Below are positions 1 to 9,643 of a stretch of 64,000 nt of DNA, in pieces; position 1 is the stretch's first letter, and every line of letters starts with the position of its first letter. The stretch comes from an uncultured Chloroflexia bacterium (GTDB lineage Bacteria; Chloroflexota; Anaerolineae; B4-G1; SLSP01), in contig CAVVUS010000010.1 of the NCBI GenBank assembly GCA_963751345.1, positions 192,001 through 256,000 of the forward strand. Reading direction: 5' to 3'. Position numbers and translations under genes: made by a program. Below the pieces are notes generated by a model. The model was given only the letters and a program-made list of their open reading frames with translations, did no database searches and had not been told where the DNA came from.

Positions 1-249
1 GAGACCAGTGCATCGACCCGCGAGGTCGAAGGACTGACGTCGCGCGAGCTTGAGGTGCTGGCCCTTATTGCCCAGGGCATGACCAATCGCGGGATTGCGG
101 AGGCCCTTGTCATCTCGACGAACACGGTCAAACGTCACCTCAAATCCGTCTTCGACAAGCTGGGCGTTCACACACGTGCCGCTGCCGCCGCCAAGGCGAT
201 CAGCGTTGGTATTCCCCCCGATGCGTCCTCTTACGAGGGTGTGAATTGA
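1..249 (+). CDS. LuxR/NarL-family transcriptional regulator, C-terminal HTH (5' truncated by window edge)
   Basis: Frame open from base 1: GLTSRELEVLALIAQGMTNRGIAEALVISTNTVKRHLKSVFDKLGV, a typical LuxR HTH. Confidence 0.9.
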   Translation, partial: ETSASTREVEGLTSRELEVLALIAQGMTNRGIAEALVISTNTVKRHLKSVFDKLGVHTRAAAAAKAISVGIPPDASSYEGVN

Positions 250-278
250 GCTATGTCCTGATCTTCCGAGAAGGGACG

Positions 279-307
279 TAGACGCCCTTCCCTCTTCTGT
301 GTATAAT
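279..307 (+). promoter_or_regulatory. sigma70-like promoter with extended -10; probably gives a leaderless EamA mRNA
   Basis: TAGACG-17nt-TATAAT with TG upstream of the -10; ATG lies 8 nt after the -10 and has no RBS. Confidence 0.5.
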
Positions 308-315
308 GCGTCGCG

Positions 316-1194
316 ATGACCACGATCAAGCCATCGCCCCGCATCGCCGCCCTTCCGGACCGGACCCGTGCCGTGCTCGCGCTCGTGCTGACGGCGTCCC
401 TATGGAGCACCAGTGGCGTCCTCATCAAGGTCCTCGACTGGCAGCCCATGTCCATCCTGTGCGGGCGCAGCATCTTCGCGATCTTTGTCTTCCTGATCTA
501 CCTGCGTGGCACGCGCCTGCGCATCACCTGGATGCACGTGCTGGGTGCGGCAGCCTTCCTGGTCACCCAGATCCTCTATATCTCGGCCACCAAGATGACG
601 ACCGCCGCAAACGCCATTTTCCTGCAATACACCGCGCCCATCTACGTCATCTTGTTGAGCGTGTGGTGGCTCAAGGAGCGCCCCGAACGCGCCGATTGGC
701 TGGTCCTCGCCGTGATCCTTGCCGGCATGGGCTGCTTCTTTGGTGAGCGGCTGAGCTTCACGGGGTTAGCGGGCAACGTGCTGGCCTTGGTCAGCGGCGC
801 CACCATGGCCCTGATGAACATGACGATGCGGAAGATCTCGATTGGTAGCGACGGGAACACCGCCCAGGGCCAGACGATTCTCCTCTCCTTCATTGCAGGT
901 TCCCTGGTCGGGCTCCCCTCGATGGTGCACGAGAGCTTCGCCCCCCGCAACGTGGCGATGATCGTCTTCCTGGGTATCTTCCAGATCGGCTTGGCCTTCG
1001 CACTCTACGCGTCGGCGATGCGCCACGTGCGTGCGCTGGAGGCGACCCTCATCCTCGGGCTGGAGCCCATCCTCAACCCAATCTGGGTCTTCCTCGCCAT
1101 TGGCGAGACCCCCGGGCCGGTCGCCCTTCTCGGCTGCACGCTGGTCATCGGCGCTGTGGCGCTCCGCGCTTTCCTGAGCGCTCGGGCGGCGTAA
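316..1194 (+). CDS. DMT/EamA family transporter
   Basis: About 10 hydrophobic segments; EamA repeats with TTAANAIFLQYTAP and LEPILNPIW motifs. Confidence 0.9.
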   Translation: MTTIKPSPRIAALPDRTRAVLALVLTASLWSTSGVLIKVLDWQPMSILCGRSIFAIFVFLIYLRGTRLRITWMHVLGAAAFLVTQILYISATKMTTAANAIFLQYTAPIYVILLSVWWLKERPERADWLVLAVILAGMGCFFGERLSFTGLAGNVLALVSGATMALMNMTMRKISIGSDGNTAQGQTILLSFIAGSLVGLPSMVHESFAPRNVAMIVFLGIFQIGLAFALYASAMRHVRALEATLILGLEPILNPIWVFLAIGETPGPVALLGCTLVIGAVALRAFLSARAA

Positions 1195-1307
1195 GGGGGC
1201 CGACAGCGGAGTCCTGCTCCGCTGCCGCGATCTGTGAGAACACCTCAAATGGTTTGCTGCTGCTCCACACGCCCAACGCCGGCGCCGGCGTCATCATACC
1301 CCTATAC

Positions 1308-1335
1308 TTGCTCAGACGGTGAAGGAAGGTATACT
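1308..1335 (+). promoter_or_regulatory. sigma70-like promoter
   Basis: TTGCTC-16nt-TATACT upstream of a structured leader and the FmdB-like gene. Confidence 0.55.
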
Positions 1336-1490
1336 TCGCCCTACGATTCGATGCCGTAGGCTCACAGCAAGTCGGTGTGAGCCTACGCTAGCGCTAGAGC
1401 TTGGGGGCAGGGACGCGGGCCCGATGGCTTCCGGGTGTGTCGCGGGTCCTGCATAGCTAAGCGATTCGGTCGCCTTCGTCTGGTATTGGC

Positions 1491-2066
1491 ATGCCGATCT
1501 ACGAATACTATTGTCGTTCGTGTCGTGTCCGGTTCAGCCATCTGGCCCGTAGGCTGAATGCCGGCGCTCCTGCCTGCCCTCGATGTGGGGGTGACGAGGT
1601 GGAGCGATTGATCTCCGCGGCTCACTTTGTCCGGGGAGAGGGAGATCACCGGCGCGAACTACACCAGGATGCGTCACGGGTGGGTGGTGAAGATCCACAG
1701 GCGATGGCGAGGTTTCTCAAGGAATCGGGGCGGTTGGAGGATGCTGCCGGGCTATACGGAAGCAAGGCGTATCGCGAGCTAATCGAGCGCCGCATCCAGG
1801 GCGCGACCGATGCAGATCTTGCCGATCTCGTGGGCGATCTCACCGATGAGATGGCCTCCAATGAGCTGACACAATTGGCCGGCGCGGTGGCCCTATCCGA
1901 GCAAGTTGAGAACCGCATGGCAGCCGAGGGGCCGCCGCACGAACACGGTGCAGTGGAAGCCGAGCCTGAAAGCCGTGGGGATACAGACCGTACGATCGCC
2001 GATGCTGAGTCCGGACCCAGAGAGACGCACTCGCGCAGAAGTGCCCCCGATTTGGGTTGGGGTTAG
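1491..2066 (+). CDS. FmdB-family zinc-ribbon regulatory protein with C-terminal extension
   Basis: MPIYEYYCRSC...CPRCGG...RLIS N-terminal signature. Confidence 0.85.
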   Translation: MPIYEYYCRSCRVRFSHLARRLNAGAPACPRCGGDEVERLISAAHFVRGEGDHRRELHQDASRVGGEDPQAMARFLKESGRLEDAAGLYGSKAYRELIERRIQGATDADLADLVGDLTDEMASNELTQLAGAVALSEQVENRMAAEGPPHEHGAVEAEPESRGDTDRTIADAESGPRETHSRRSAPDLGWG

Positions 2067-2096
2067 CCACGGCGTGTTTGATTCTATGGGGGTGGT

Positions 2097-3491
2097 ATGC
2101 AGAATCCGTTTTGGCAGCACTTGAAGGACCTCTTTTCTAGACTTTCGGGACGATCGCTGATCGGTGCCGGTGTTGTATGGATTGTGCTGATGGCCATAGG
2201 GTTGTCCTGCGCGTTTGGGGTCATCGACCTTCCTGCCCTGTCCGCGAAATCTACCCCAAACATTCCTACCCAGATACCTACACCTGGCGATCCGTTTTCT
2301 CCCGGAGTTGTGACCGTTCCGCCGGATGCTACGCCGACCACCGGCGCATCTATTTCACTGCCCACACCGACACCCAGTGTTACGGATAGCGCCAGCACCT
2401 TGCCGCCCTTGCCCTGGGGGGACTTCGGGTACGGCATCGCGGCCCATGGCATCGGCATGCCGGACTATACGATGGATCAGATCAAGAATCAGTTGGGGCT
2501 TTCTTGGGTGAAGCAGCAGGTTCGCTGGGACGATTTCTCCACCGCGCCCGGGCAGATGGACTGGAGCGGCTATGATGCGATGGTCCTCTACGCGACCGAG
2601 CGAGGCCTCAACGTGATGATGAGCATCGTGGGGGCTCCCGACTGGTCGCGCTCCTATTTCGATGCCAATCCCCAGGCTGCGCCGCCCGACGACCTATCGC
2701 TGTACGTCAGCTTCGTCGGCGAACTGGTTGATCGGTACAAGGGCCAGGTCCAGGCGATTGAGGTCTGGAACGAGCAGAATCTGGATCGAGAGTGGGACAC
2801 CGAAGAGGGTGTGAACGCAGATCGATATGTCGAGATGCTGCGCCTGACCTACCAGGCCATTAAGAGCCGCGACCCCAGTATCATCGTGATCAGCGGCGCG
2901 CTATCTCCTACGGGCGTGACCTCCACCGACCCACAGAATCCCAATCGTTACACGGTCATGGACGATTACGCCTACTTCCAGCAGATGATCGAGGCCGGGT
3001 TCCTGAACTATGCCGACTGCGTCGGGGCGCATCACAATGGCTATAATATGCCGCCCGACGTTACCTGGGACGAGGGGTACAACGATCCCACGGCCACCTA
3101 CCGGGGACCCTTTGACTCGCCGCATCATTCCTGGTCGTTCAAGAGCACGCTCTGGGACTATCATAATATGATCACTGCGGCTCAACGTGATACGCCGATC
3201 TGCGTGACCGAGTTTGGCTGGGCGACGTCCGAAGGCTTCGATGGCACGCCGGCGGGGTTCGAGTTTGCCCAGGATAATACCCTGGCCGAGCAAGCACAGT
3301 GGGATGTCGAAGCATTCCAGTTGATGCGCGAGTGGGGTTTCGTCCGGCTCGCTTTCCTCTGGAACCTGGACTACTCGTATAAGGGCGGCATGGGTGCCCT
3401 GGACCCGAATTCGCCCTACAGCATCCTCGATCTCAAGGGAGCGGCTCGTCCCGCCTATGGCGCGATTGGGTCGATGCCAAAGGTGCCGTAG
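2097..3491 (+). CDS. Secreted or membrane-anchored clan GH-A glycoside hydrolase (GH5/GH39-like)
   Basis: N-terminal TM/lipobox-like segment, Pro/Thr linker, EVWNEQN acid/base and VTEFGW nucleophile motifs. Confidence 0.8.
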   Translation: MQNPFWQHLKDLFSRLSGRSLIGAGVVWIVLMAIGLSCAFGVIDLPALSAKSTPNIPTQIPTPGDPFSPGVVTVPPDATPTTGASISLPTPTPSVTDSASTLPPLPWGDFGYGIAAHGIGMPDYTMDQIKNQLGLSWVKQQVRWDDFSTAPGQMDWSGYDAMVLYATERGLNVMMSIVGAPDWSRSYFDANPQAAPPDDLSLYVSFVGELVDRYKGQVQAIEVWNEQNLDREWDTEEGVNADRYVEMLRLTYQAIKSRDPSIIVISGALSPTGVTSTDPQNPNRYTVMDDYAYFQQMIEAGFLNYADCVGAHHNGYNMPPDVTWDEGYNDPTATYRGPFDSPHHSWSFKSTLWDYHNMITAAQRDTPICVTEFGWATSEGFDGTPAGFEFAQDNTLAEQAQWDVEAFQLMREWGFVRLAFLWNLDYSYKGGMGALDPNSPYSILDLKGAARPAYGAIGSMPKVP

Positions 3492-3597
3492 GTGTGGGTA
3501 GACGTTACCCAAACGTTTTCTAGCGCTTGATATCAGGCATAACCGGGGGCGGGGCGGCACCCGCCCCGCCGGCCCCACGGATAAGAACGTTACGTCC

Positions 3598-4830
3598 ATG
3601 ACACAGACGCCTCACCATCGCCGCGTGCTTCCTCTGGTGCTCATCCTCGTGGTCATAGCCTACCTGTTTGCCTTTGGCAGCCTTCCCGGCTTTGACCATG
3701 CGAAGCCGCGCCCTCAACCCACACCGGTGCCCACGCCGACCTCCTGGCCCTTGGAAACCAGGCTTCGCTCACCCGAGTATGGCATCAACGTGCATATGTG
3801 GTGGGATCCGTGGGCCGCGATACGTCGTGACTGGCATCTGGTCGAGGATGCAGGTTTCACGTGGGTCAAGCAACGCCTCGCTTGGCAGGATGTGGAAGGG
3901 GCCGGCCCCGGTGCGTACGAATGGCAGGCCGCCGACAGGATCGTCGACGAAGCCGGAGACGCGGGTGTCCAGCTCATCTTCCGGGTGGATCGTCCTCCTG
4001 TTTGGGCCGTGCCTCAGGTGCCTGAAGGGCAGCAACCGGTAGTCCCGGTGTCGCTTGAGGCATTCGGGGATTTCTGCTCCACCCTGGCCTCGCGATACGC
4101 GGGGCGGGTTCGGGGGTATCAGATCTGGAACGAGCCGAACCTGGCCCGCGAGTGGGGCGGCTACGCACCCGATGCCCAAGGCTACGTTGAGTTGCTCAAG
4201 ACCTGCTACGTCGCGATCAAGCGTGCCGATCCCCAGGCTCTCGTCATCTCTGCCGGCTTGGCTCCCACGGGCTCGGCCCCGCCCGATGCGATACCTGACG
4301 TTGATTACCTTGTGGCGCTCTATGAGGCCGGTGCGTCACCCTATTTCGATCTCCTAGGCCTGAACGCACCGGGCTACAAGGCAGCTCCTGAGATATCGCC
4401 TGAAGAAGCGGCAGATCCCGAGAATGGCTATGGCGGCCAATCGTTCTTCTGCTTCCGGCACGTTGAGGAAATGCGGGCGATCATGGTGCACTACGGTGAT
4501 GCGGACAAGCAGGTCGCGATCCTGGAGTTCGGCTGGCATACGGCAACGAGTCCCGAGCATCCGGACTATGCATGGTTTGCCGTAACCCCTGAACAGCAGG
4601 GCGATTATCTTGTGCGCGCGTTTGCTTACGCCCACCAGAATTGGGCTCCTTGGGTCGGCCCGATGTTTGTGTGGAATCTACCTGATTCGAAGTGGACGCC
4701 CGATAACGAGGAATATTGGTGGTCAATTGTCGATCCTTTCTGGTGGGGATTCGACGGTGATTTTGCCGACTGGGCCGGCGGCGCTGTGCGCCCGGCGTAT
4801 GAGGCGCTAAAGGCCATGGAAAAACCATAG
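3598..4830 (+). CDS. Clan GH-A glycoside hydrolase (GH5/GH39-like), paralog of the upstream gene
   Basis: N-terminal TM segment, QIWNEPN and ILEFGW motifs. Confidence 0.8.
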   Translation: MTQTPHHRRVLPLVLILVVIAYLFAFGSLPGFDHAKPRPQPTPVPTPTSWPLETRLRSPEYGINVHMWWDPWAAIRRDWHLVEDAGFTWVKQRLAWQDVEGAGPGAYEWQAADRIVDEAGDAGVQLIFRVDRPPVWAVPQVPEGQQPVVPVSLEAFGDFCSTLASRYAGRVRGYQIWNEPNLAREWGGYAPDAQGYVELLKTCYVAIKRADPQALVISAGLAPTGSAPPDAIPDVDYLVALYEAGASPYFDLLGLNAPGYKAAPEISPEEAADPENGYGGQSFFCFRHVEEMRAIMVHYGDADKQVAILEFGWHTATSPEHPDYAWFAVTPEQQGDYLVRAFAYAHQNWAPWVGPMFVWNLPDSKWTPDNEEYWWSIVDPFWWGFDGDFADWAGGAVRPAYEALKAMEKP

Positions 4831-4870
4831 AGGGGCTAACCTTCGCAAGGTTTGCGGGGGAGCCCAACTC

Positions 4871-4898
4871 TTGCTGAATCATTGTTCGGCGGTATAAT
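4871..4898 (+). promoter_or_regulatory. sigma70-like promoter of tRNA-Leu
   Basis: TTGCTG-16nt-TATAAT ending 10 nt before the tRNA. Confidence 0.7.
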
Positions 4899-4908
4899 CG
4901 ATGGGAAC

Positions 4909-4990
4909 GGGGAAGTGTCGGAATTGGCAGACGAGCATGACTTAGGATCATGTGCCGCGAGGCGTGCGGGTTCAAGTCCCGCCTTCCCCA
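4909..4990 (+). tRNA. tRNA-Leu (anticodon TAG); CCA not encoded
   Basis: Acceptor stem GGGGAAG/CTTCCCC, D-loop GGAATTGGCAGAC, anticodon arm CATGA-CTTAGGA-TCATG, long variable arm, T arm GCGGG-TTCAAGT-CCCGC, discriminator A. Confidence 0.97.
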
Positions 4991-5056
4991 ACGGAGGGGC
5001 GAGATCGTTCTCGCCCCTTGACTTTGTGGAGCTTGCTTTTTTGAGGAGGTAGTCCC

Positions 5057-5686
5057 GTGACGAGACAGTCTCGGATGAACGGGGGAAGTCAGCTGCCTGA
5101 GGTTCCTCCTGAACTTCAATCATCGGTACGACTCACCACGTTGGATCAAGTCTACGCCTGGGCCCGCAAACGATCACTCTGGCCAATGCTGTTTGGGCTT
5201 GCTTGTTGTGCATTTGAGATGATTGCTATGGCAGCGGCACGATATGATACGGCACGCTTTGGAATGGAGATCATGCGTGCCAGCCCAAGGCAGTCAGATC
5301 TGTTGATTGTCAACGGCACGGTGACGAAGAAGATGGCGCCGCTCCTGGTCCGGCTCTACAACCAGATGGCAGAACCCAAATACGTCATAGCGATGGGGGC
5401 CTGTGCCATTTCCGGCGGGCCGTTTAAGGAAGGCTATAACGTTGTCTCAGGTGTCGATCGCCTGATTCCGGTCGATGTTTATATTCCTGGATGTCCTCCT
5501 CGGCCCGAGGCGTTGCTGCACGGCATTCTCACGCTGCATGCTCGCTTCGATCACGAGACAATCAAGGATATCCGCGCTTTCCAGACCGGCGAGGATGAGG
5601 GGATTCCCGAGCCGACCCTTGGCCTGGATCTCGTTAGCTGGCGCGATTTGGAGGGATTGGTCGGCCCCCGCGAGGAGGACGTCTAG
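5057..5686 (+). CDS. nuoB: NADH-quinone oxidoreductase subunit B
   Basis: [44 protein letters not shown]; RBS GAGGAGGT. Confidence 0.95.
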   Translation: MTRQSRMNGGSQLPEVPPELQSSVRLTTLDQVYAWARKRSLWPMLFGLACCAFEMIAMAAARYDTARFGMEIMRASPRQSDLLIVNGTVTKKMAPLLVRLYNQMAEPKYVIAMGACAISGGPFKEGYNVVSGVDRLIPVDVYIPGCPPRPEALLHGILTLHARFDHETIKDIRAFQTGEDEGIPEPTLGLDLVSWRDLEGLVGPREEDV

Positions 5687-5688
5687 GC

Positions 5689-7560
5689 ATGGCAGAGATG
5701 ATCTACGATATGCCGGCCGATGTGTGGGAGAGCTTGCAGGCCCGGTTCCCCGGAGTCTTGCAGCCGGCTGAGCCGCCCGATCAGGGAGACGCCGAGACCT
5801 ATTCTGAGGGCAAGGAGCACCGGATGACCCGTTCGGTCTCGCGCTCCCAGTTGATGAATCGGCCGCGGTATGAAGGAGTGTTGGTTCACGCTCGGCATCT
5901 GGTGTCCGTGCTCCAGTTCCTGCGGGACGAGCTTGGCTACAACATGCTCTCCAACCTCACGGCTGCCGATTACCCGGAGGCCCTGGATGAGTTCCCGCCG
6001 CACATTGACGTCGTGTACCACCTGTTCCGACAGGCAGGCGGCGGTTATGTCGTGCTCCACGTGCATACTACCCGTGATGGTGCCGTCCTACCATCCGTGA
6101 CGCCTGAGTTCCCATCGGCCAATCTGCAGGAACGCGAAGTCTGGGACATGTTTGGTGTGCGCTTCGAGGGTCACCCGGATCTGCGCCGCCTTCTGATGTG
6201 GGAGGGATTCGACGGATTCCCACTGCGCAAGGACTGGAGAGAGGCTTATTACGAGGAGGAGCACAAGCCATATCGCAGTCGCTTCCCCGATGGCAGCAGT
6301 CCACTCTATGCAGAGGAACGCACCCCGAGCCACGCGAACATCCGGTTCAGCGAGGAATTTGCCGAGAGTTGTCCGCCACCGGCCGAGGATTTCAGCGACG
6401 CTGACGAGTTGCTCTACGAGCGAATGCTGTCCGCAGACCGCACTCCTGACAAGCCCCTCAAGACCGAGGAGATGATCCTCAACATGGGCCCGCATCATCC
6501 CAGCACGCACGGCGTCTTCCGGATGGCCGTGCGGCTGGACGGCGAAACCGTCCAACACCTTGAGCCGGTGTTTGGGTACCTGCATCGCTGCCACGAGAAG
6601 ATCGGTGAGCGCAACACCTGGTTGCAGAACATCCCATACACGGATCGCCTGGACTATCTCAATGGGATGACCAACAACTTGGCCTATTGCCTGGCGATGG
6701 AGAAGCTCCTGGGCTGGGAGGTGCCGGAGCGGGCGGAGTACATTCGTGTCATCATGTCCGAGTTGTCGCGTCTGGTCAACCACATGCTTGCCGCCGGCTT
6801 CTTCAGCAACGAGATAGGGATCTACTTCACCGGCTCCCTGTATGCGCTCGAAGAGCGGGAGCTCGTGCTTGATCTCTTCGAGAGTGTCTCCGGTTCGCGT
6901 ATGATGTTCAACTACATGCGGCCCGGGGGAGTAGTCCGTGACGTTTCGCCCGAGTGGCTGGACCGGGTACGAACGTATCTCCACGACCGTCTCCCCAGCA
7001 AACTTCGCCAGATGCAGGGGTTTCTGCTCGACAATGAAATTGTTCGCGCGAGGAGCATCGACGTCGGCGTTTTGCCGGCGGATGTAGCGGTTGCTTCCGG
7101 GGTCACCGGCCCGATTCTACGCGCGAGCGGTGTTCCCTATGACATTCGGCGCGCTGAGCCGTATAGCATTTACGATCGTTTCGACTTTGACGTCGTAAGC
7201 CGGCAGAACGGGGACGTTTTCGATCGCATCGCGGTGCGCTTTGACGAGGCCTGGGAGAGCATGCGGATCCTTGATCAGGCCCTGGATGGGATACCCGAGG
7301 GTCCGATCCAGTCCAATAGGCTTTCACCAAAGATGCGCATCCCGCCCGGCGAAACCTACGGGCGCATTGAGGCCCCCAAGGGTGAGTTGGGCTTCTATCT
7401 CGTTTCCGACGGTGGTGCAAATCCGTACCGCTATCATATCCGGGCGACGTCGTTGATCAATCTCACGCCGCTGAGTGAACTGACCCGGGGGGGAAAGATC
7501 GCGGATGTGGTCGCTGTCTTGGGCAGCATTGACCTGACTATGGGGGAGGTGGATCGCTAA
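5689..7560 (+). CDS. nuoCD: Fused NADH-quinone oxidoreductase subunit C/D
   Basis: NuoC motif EREVWDMFGVRFEGHPDLRR...PLRKD fused to NuoD NMGPHHPSTHGV, GYLHR, DRLDY and C-terminal GEVDR; no hydrogenase CxxC Ni ligands. Confidence 0.93.
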   Translation: MAEMIYDMPADVWESLQARFPGVLQPAEPPDQGDAETYSEGKEHRMTRSVSRSQLMNRPRYEGVLVHARHLVSVLQFLRDELGYNMLSNLTAADYPEALDEFPPHIDVVYHLFRQAGGGYVVLHVHTTRDGAVLPSVTPEFPSANLQEREVWDMFGVRFEGHPDLRRLLMWEGFDGFPLRKDWREAYYEEEHKPYRSRFPDGSSPLYAEERTPSHANIRFSEEFAESCPPPAEDFSDADELLYERMLSADRTPDKPLKTEEMILNMGPHHPSTHGVFRMAVRLDGETVQHLEPVFGYLHRCHEKIGERNTWLQNIPYTDRLDYLNGMTNNLAYCLAMEKLLGWEVPERAEYIRVIMSELSRLVNHMLAAGFFSNEIGIYFTGSLYALEERELVLDLFESVSGSRMMFNYMRPGGVVRDVSPEWLDRVRTYLHDRLPSKLRQMQGFLLDNEIVRARSIDVGVLPADVAVASGVTGPILRASGVPYDIRRAEPYSIYDRFDFDVVSRQNGDVFDRIAVRFDEAWESMRILDQALDGIPEGPIQSNRLSPKMRIPPGETYGRIEAPKGELGFYLVSDGGANPYRYHIRATSLINLTPLSELTRGGKIADVVAVLGSIDLTMGEVDR

Positions 7561-8117
7561 TGTACGGTTGGGGGATTATCAAGACATTGGCGAGGACTCT
7601 CTACCATTTCATCCTCACCTACGTTGGCGATGCTCAGGTACTGTGGAGCAAGCTCAGCGGACGCAAAGCCGACTCCGGGGAAACGCGGGCACACGGGCGA
7701 GGTGTTTTCACGATCGAGTACCCCGGCGAGCAGCGAAAGCTTCCCGAGGCCTACCGTAATCTGCCCTTTATGGTTGTTGACGCTGAGACCGGGCAACTGA
7801 GGTGTACTGCGTGTGGCATCTGCGCGCAGGTCTGTCCTGTCCAGTGTATCTGGATCGAGCGCGCCAAGGACCCCGAGACGGGGCGTCCGCGCCGCTATCC
7901 TGTCTCATACTATCTCGACGTCAGCCTATGCATGACCTGCGGATTCTGTGCTGAGTTCTGTCCGTTTGATGCTATCAAGATGGATCACGACTTCGAGGTT
8001 TCTTCTTACCGTCGCCTCGGCTTTCAAAGCGCCAGAGATCTGGCAAAACCCGAGTCCTACCACGCAGCCATTCACCCACTGGCGTACGCAGAAGAGACGA
8101 AGCCCAAGGCTGAGTAG
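7560..8117 (+). CDS. nuoI: NADH-quinone oxidoreductase subunit I (2x[4Fe-4S])
   Basis: TIEYP, CTACGICAQVCP and CMTCGFCAEFCPFDAI. Confidence 0.9.
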   Translation: MYGWGIIKTLARTLYHFILTYVGDAQVLWSKLSGRKADSGETRAHGRGVFTIEYPGEQRKLPEAYRNLPFMVVDAETGQLRCTACGICAQVCPVQCIWIERAKDPETGRPRRYPVSYYLDVSLCMTCGFCAEFCPFDAIKMDHDFEVSSYRRLGFQSARDLAKPESYHAAIHPLAYAEETKPKAE

Positions 8118-8120
8118 AGC

Positions 8121-8160
8121 AAGCGCCCCAAACCCGAGCAGCCTCGAGGGTGGGGCGCTT
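8121..8160. terminator. Hairpin between convergent nuoI and epimerase genes
   Basis: AAGCGCCCCA...TGGGGCGCTT inverted repeat. Confidence 0.55.
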
Positions 8161-8178
8161 CTGTATCCGGCGGCTGGA

Positions 8179-9417
8179 TTAGTCTGAAATCACGCCGGCG
8201 CCAACCTGGTGCAGCCGCTCGGTGAGCTCCATACAGGCGCGCCCGTTGTGGTACGGGCACTTCCAGAAGCTCACCTTGGCGTTGTCCTCGTCGACGCCGG
8301 TCGGGCGCGTGTGGTCCCGCTCGACGTACCTGAGCCACTCGCCGTATTCTCGGTCGACCAAGAAGGCCTCGATGAAGTCCCAACTGCCGAGGGATGCTTC
8401 CAGGAAGTGGCCCTCGCCACTTAGCTGGTAGGCGTTGAGAAATCCGACGGCGGCCTCGGCCTGTGGCCACCACTGCTTCGTGGAATCCACGAGTCCCTCG
8501 GGCCCCGATTCGTAGACAATGGCCCCATCCGGATCGAGTCCTTCATCGTAGACGGCCTGTGCCATCTTGACTGCGAGCACTTTTGCCTGCTCGAGGAGCG
8601 CCGGATCGCCGGCAACCTCCGTCGATTCTACCAGAAGCCAGCTTGCCTCGATATCGTGGCCGTAGGAGACATTTCGAGATCTGGGGGCCCAGGTCTCGTC
8701 GAAAAACATCGTCATATGGTACGTTTCCGGGCCGATGATGTGCGTCATCATCACGCCGAGAAGCTCCTTTTGGCGATTCAGAAGCGAATCATCACGCCAG
8801 ACGCGGAGCAGGTTGGTGAAGGCCTCCATGACGTGGAGGTGCGTGTTCATCGACTTCATCTCCGCCATGTCGACGGCGCTCAACCGCACATTTTGCTCCA
8901 GCTTCCAATCGCGCGTGAAGGACTCGAAGTAACCCTTGTGCGTCCGGTCGTAGCTGTGGGCCTCCATCGCCTCATAGATGGCGATGGCTTTCTCGAGAGC
9001 GCTCTCGTTTCCCGTAGCGGCATAGTACTCGGCCAGGGCGTAGATGCCGAAGGCCTGACCGTAGATCTGTTTCCGGGGCACGAGAGGCGTTCCATCGACG
9101 TCCACCATCCAATAGAGCCCACCGTACTCGGAATCCCAGAACCGCTGGATCAGATCCTCAAATGCCCAGTCGGCCATATCCAGATAGGCGGCATTCTGGT
9201 AGCGTCGATAGGCGGAGGCGTAGGTCCACAGAATCCGTGATGTCAGCAGGGCGCCACGTGGAGCATCCGCCTGAACCGCCAGATCGTTGGTGATTTGGCC
9301 ATAGAAGCCACCGCGCTCCTTGTCTACAGCATGTCTCATCCAGAAAGGGAGAATATCCTCTCGCAGCTCGGCTTCCGCCTGCTGCATCATGGCTCGCATT
9401 CTGGCATCATTGGACAT
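8179..9417 (-). CDS. AGE-family epimerase (cellobiose 2-epimerase-like)
   Basis: ILPFW, KQIYGQAF, KSMNTHLHVMEA, SYGHDIEASWLL, WWPQAEA, FWKCPYHNGRAC. Confidence 0.92.
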   Translation of the reverse strand: MSNDARMRAMMQQAEAELREDILPFWMRHAVDKERGGFYGQITNDLAVQADAPRGALLTSRILWTYASAYRRYQNAAYLDMADWAFEDLIQRFWDSEYGGLYWMVDVDGTPLVPRKQIYGQAFGIYALAEYYAATGNESALEKAIAIYEAMEAHSYDRTHKGYFESFTRDWKLEQNVRLSAVDMAEMKSMNTHLHVMEAFTNLLRVWRDDSLLNRQKELLGVMMTHIIGPETYHMTMFFDETWAPRSRNVSYGHDIEASWLLVESTEVAGDPALLEQAKVLAVKMAQAVYDEGLDPDGAIVYESGPEGLVDSTKQWWPQAEAAVGFLNAYQLSGEGHFLEASLGSWDFIEAFLVDREYGEWLRYVERDHTRPTGVDEDNAKVSFWKCPYHNGRACMELTERLHQVGAGVISD

Positions 9418-9553
9418 CGATCACTCCTTTGGCACGGTGAACGCCGCCAACGGAGCCGGCTGGCTCTTCTGGGAATGGGTAGACAGGCAACTCTCAGAAC
9501 GACGACTGCCAACTCGACGGATCCTCTATCGGTCCGTCGACCTGTTTCATAGG

Positions 9554-9626
9554 AGTTGTCATCCTGAACGAAGTGAAGGATCTAAGCCTGCAGCATAGAT
9601 CCTTCACTTCGTTCAGGATGACAACT
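9554..9626. repeat. Long palindromic REP-like element (GTCATCCTGAACGAAGTGAAGGATCT family), copy 1
   Basis: Perfect 31-bp inverted repeat (9554-9584 / 9596-9626) with an 11-nt spacer; homologous copy at 26562-26631. Confidence 0.9.
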
Positions 9627-9643
9627 TCCAGCTTAACTGACCC

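Noticed and set aside
4909-5056. tRNA-Leu as the integration site of a genomic island
   Set aside because: No integrase, and I saw no duplicate of the tRNA 3' end in the window; the flanking genes are metabolic.
5689-7560. Group 4 [NiFe]-hydrogenase large subunit
   Set aside because: No N- or C-terminal CxxC Ni ligands; it ends in the NuoD-type GEVDR.
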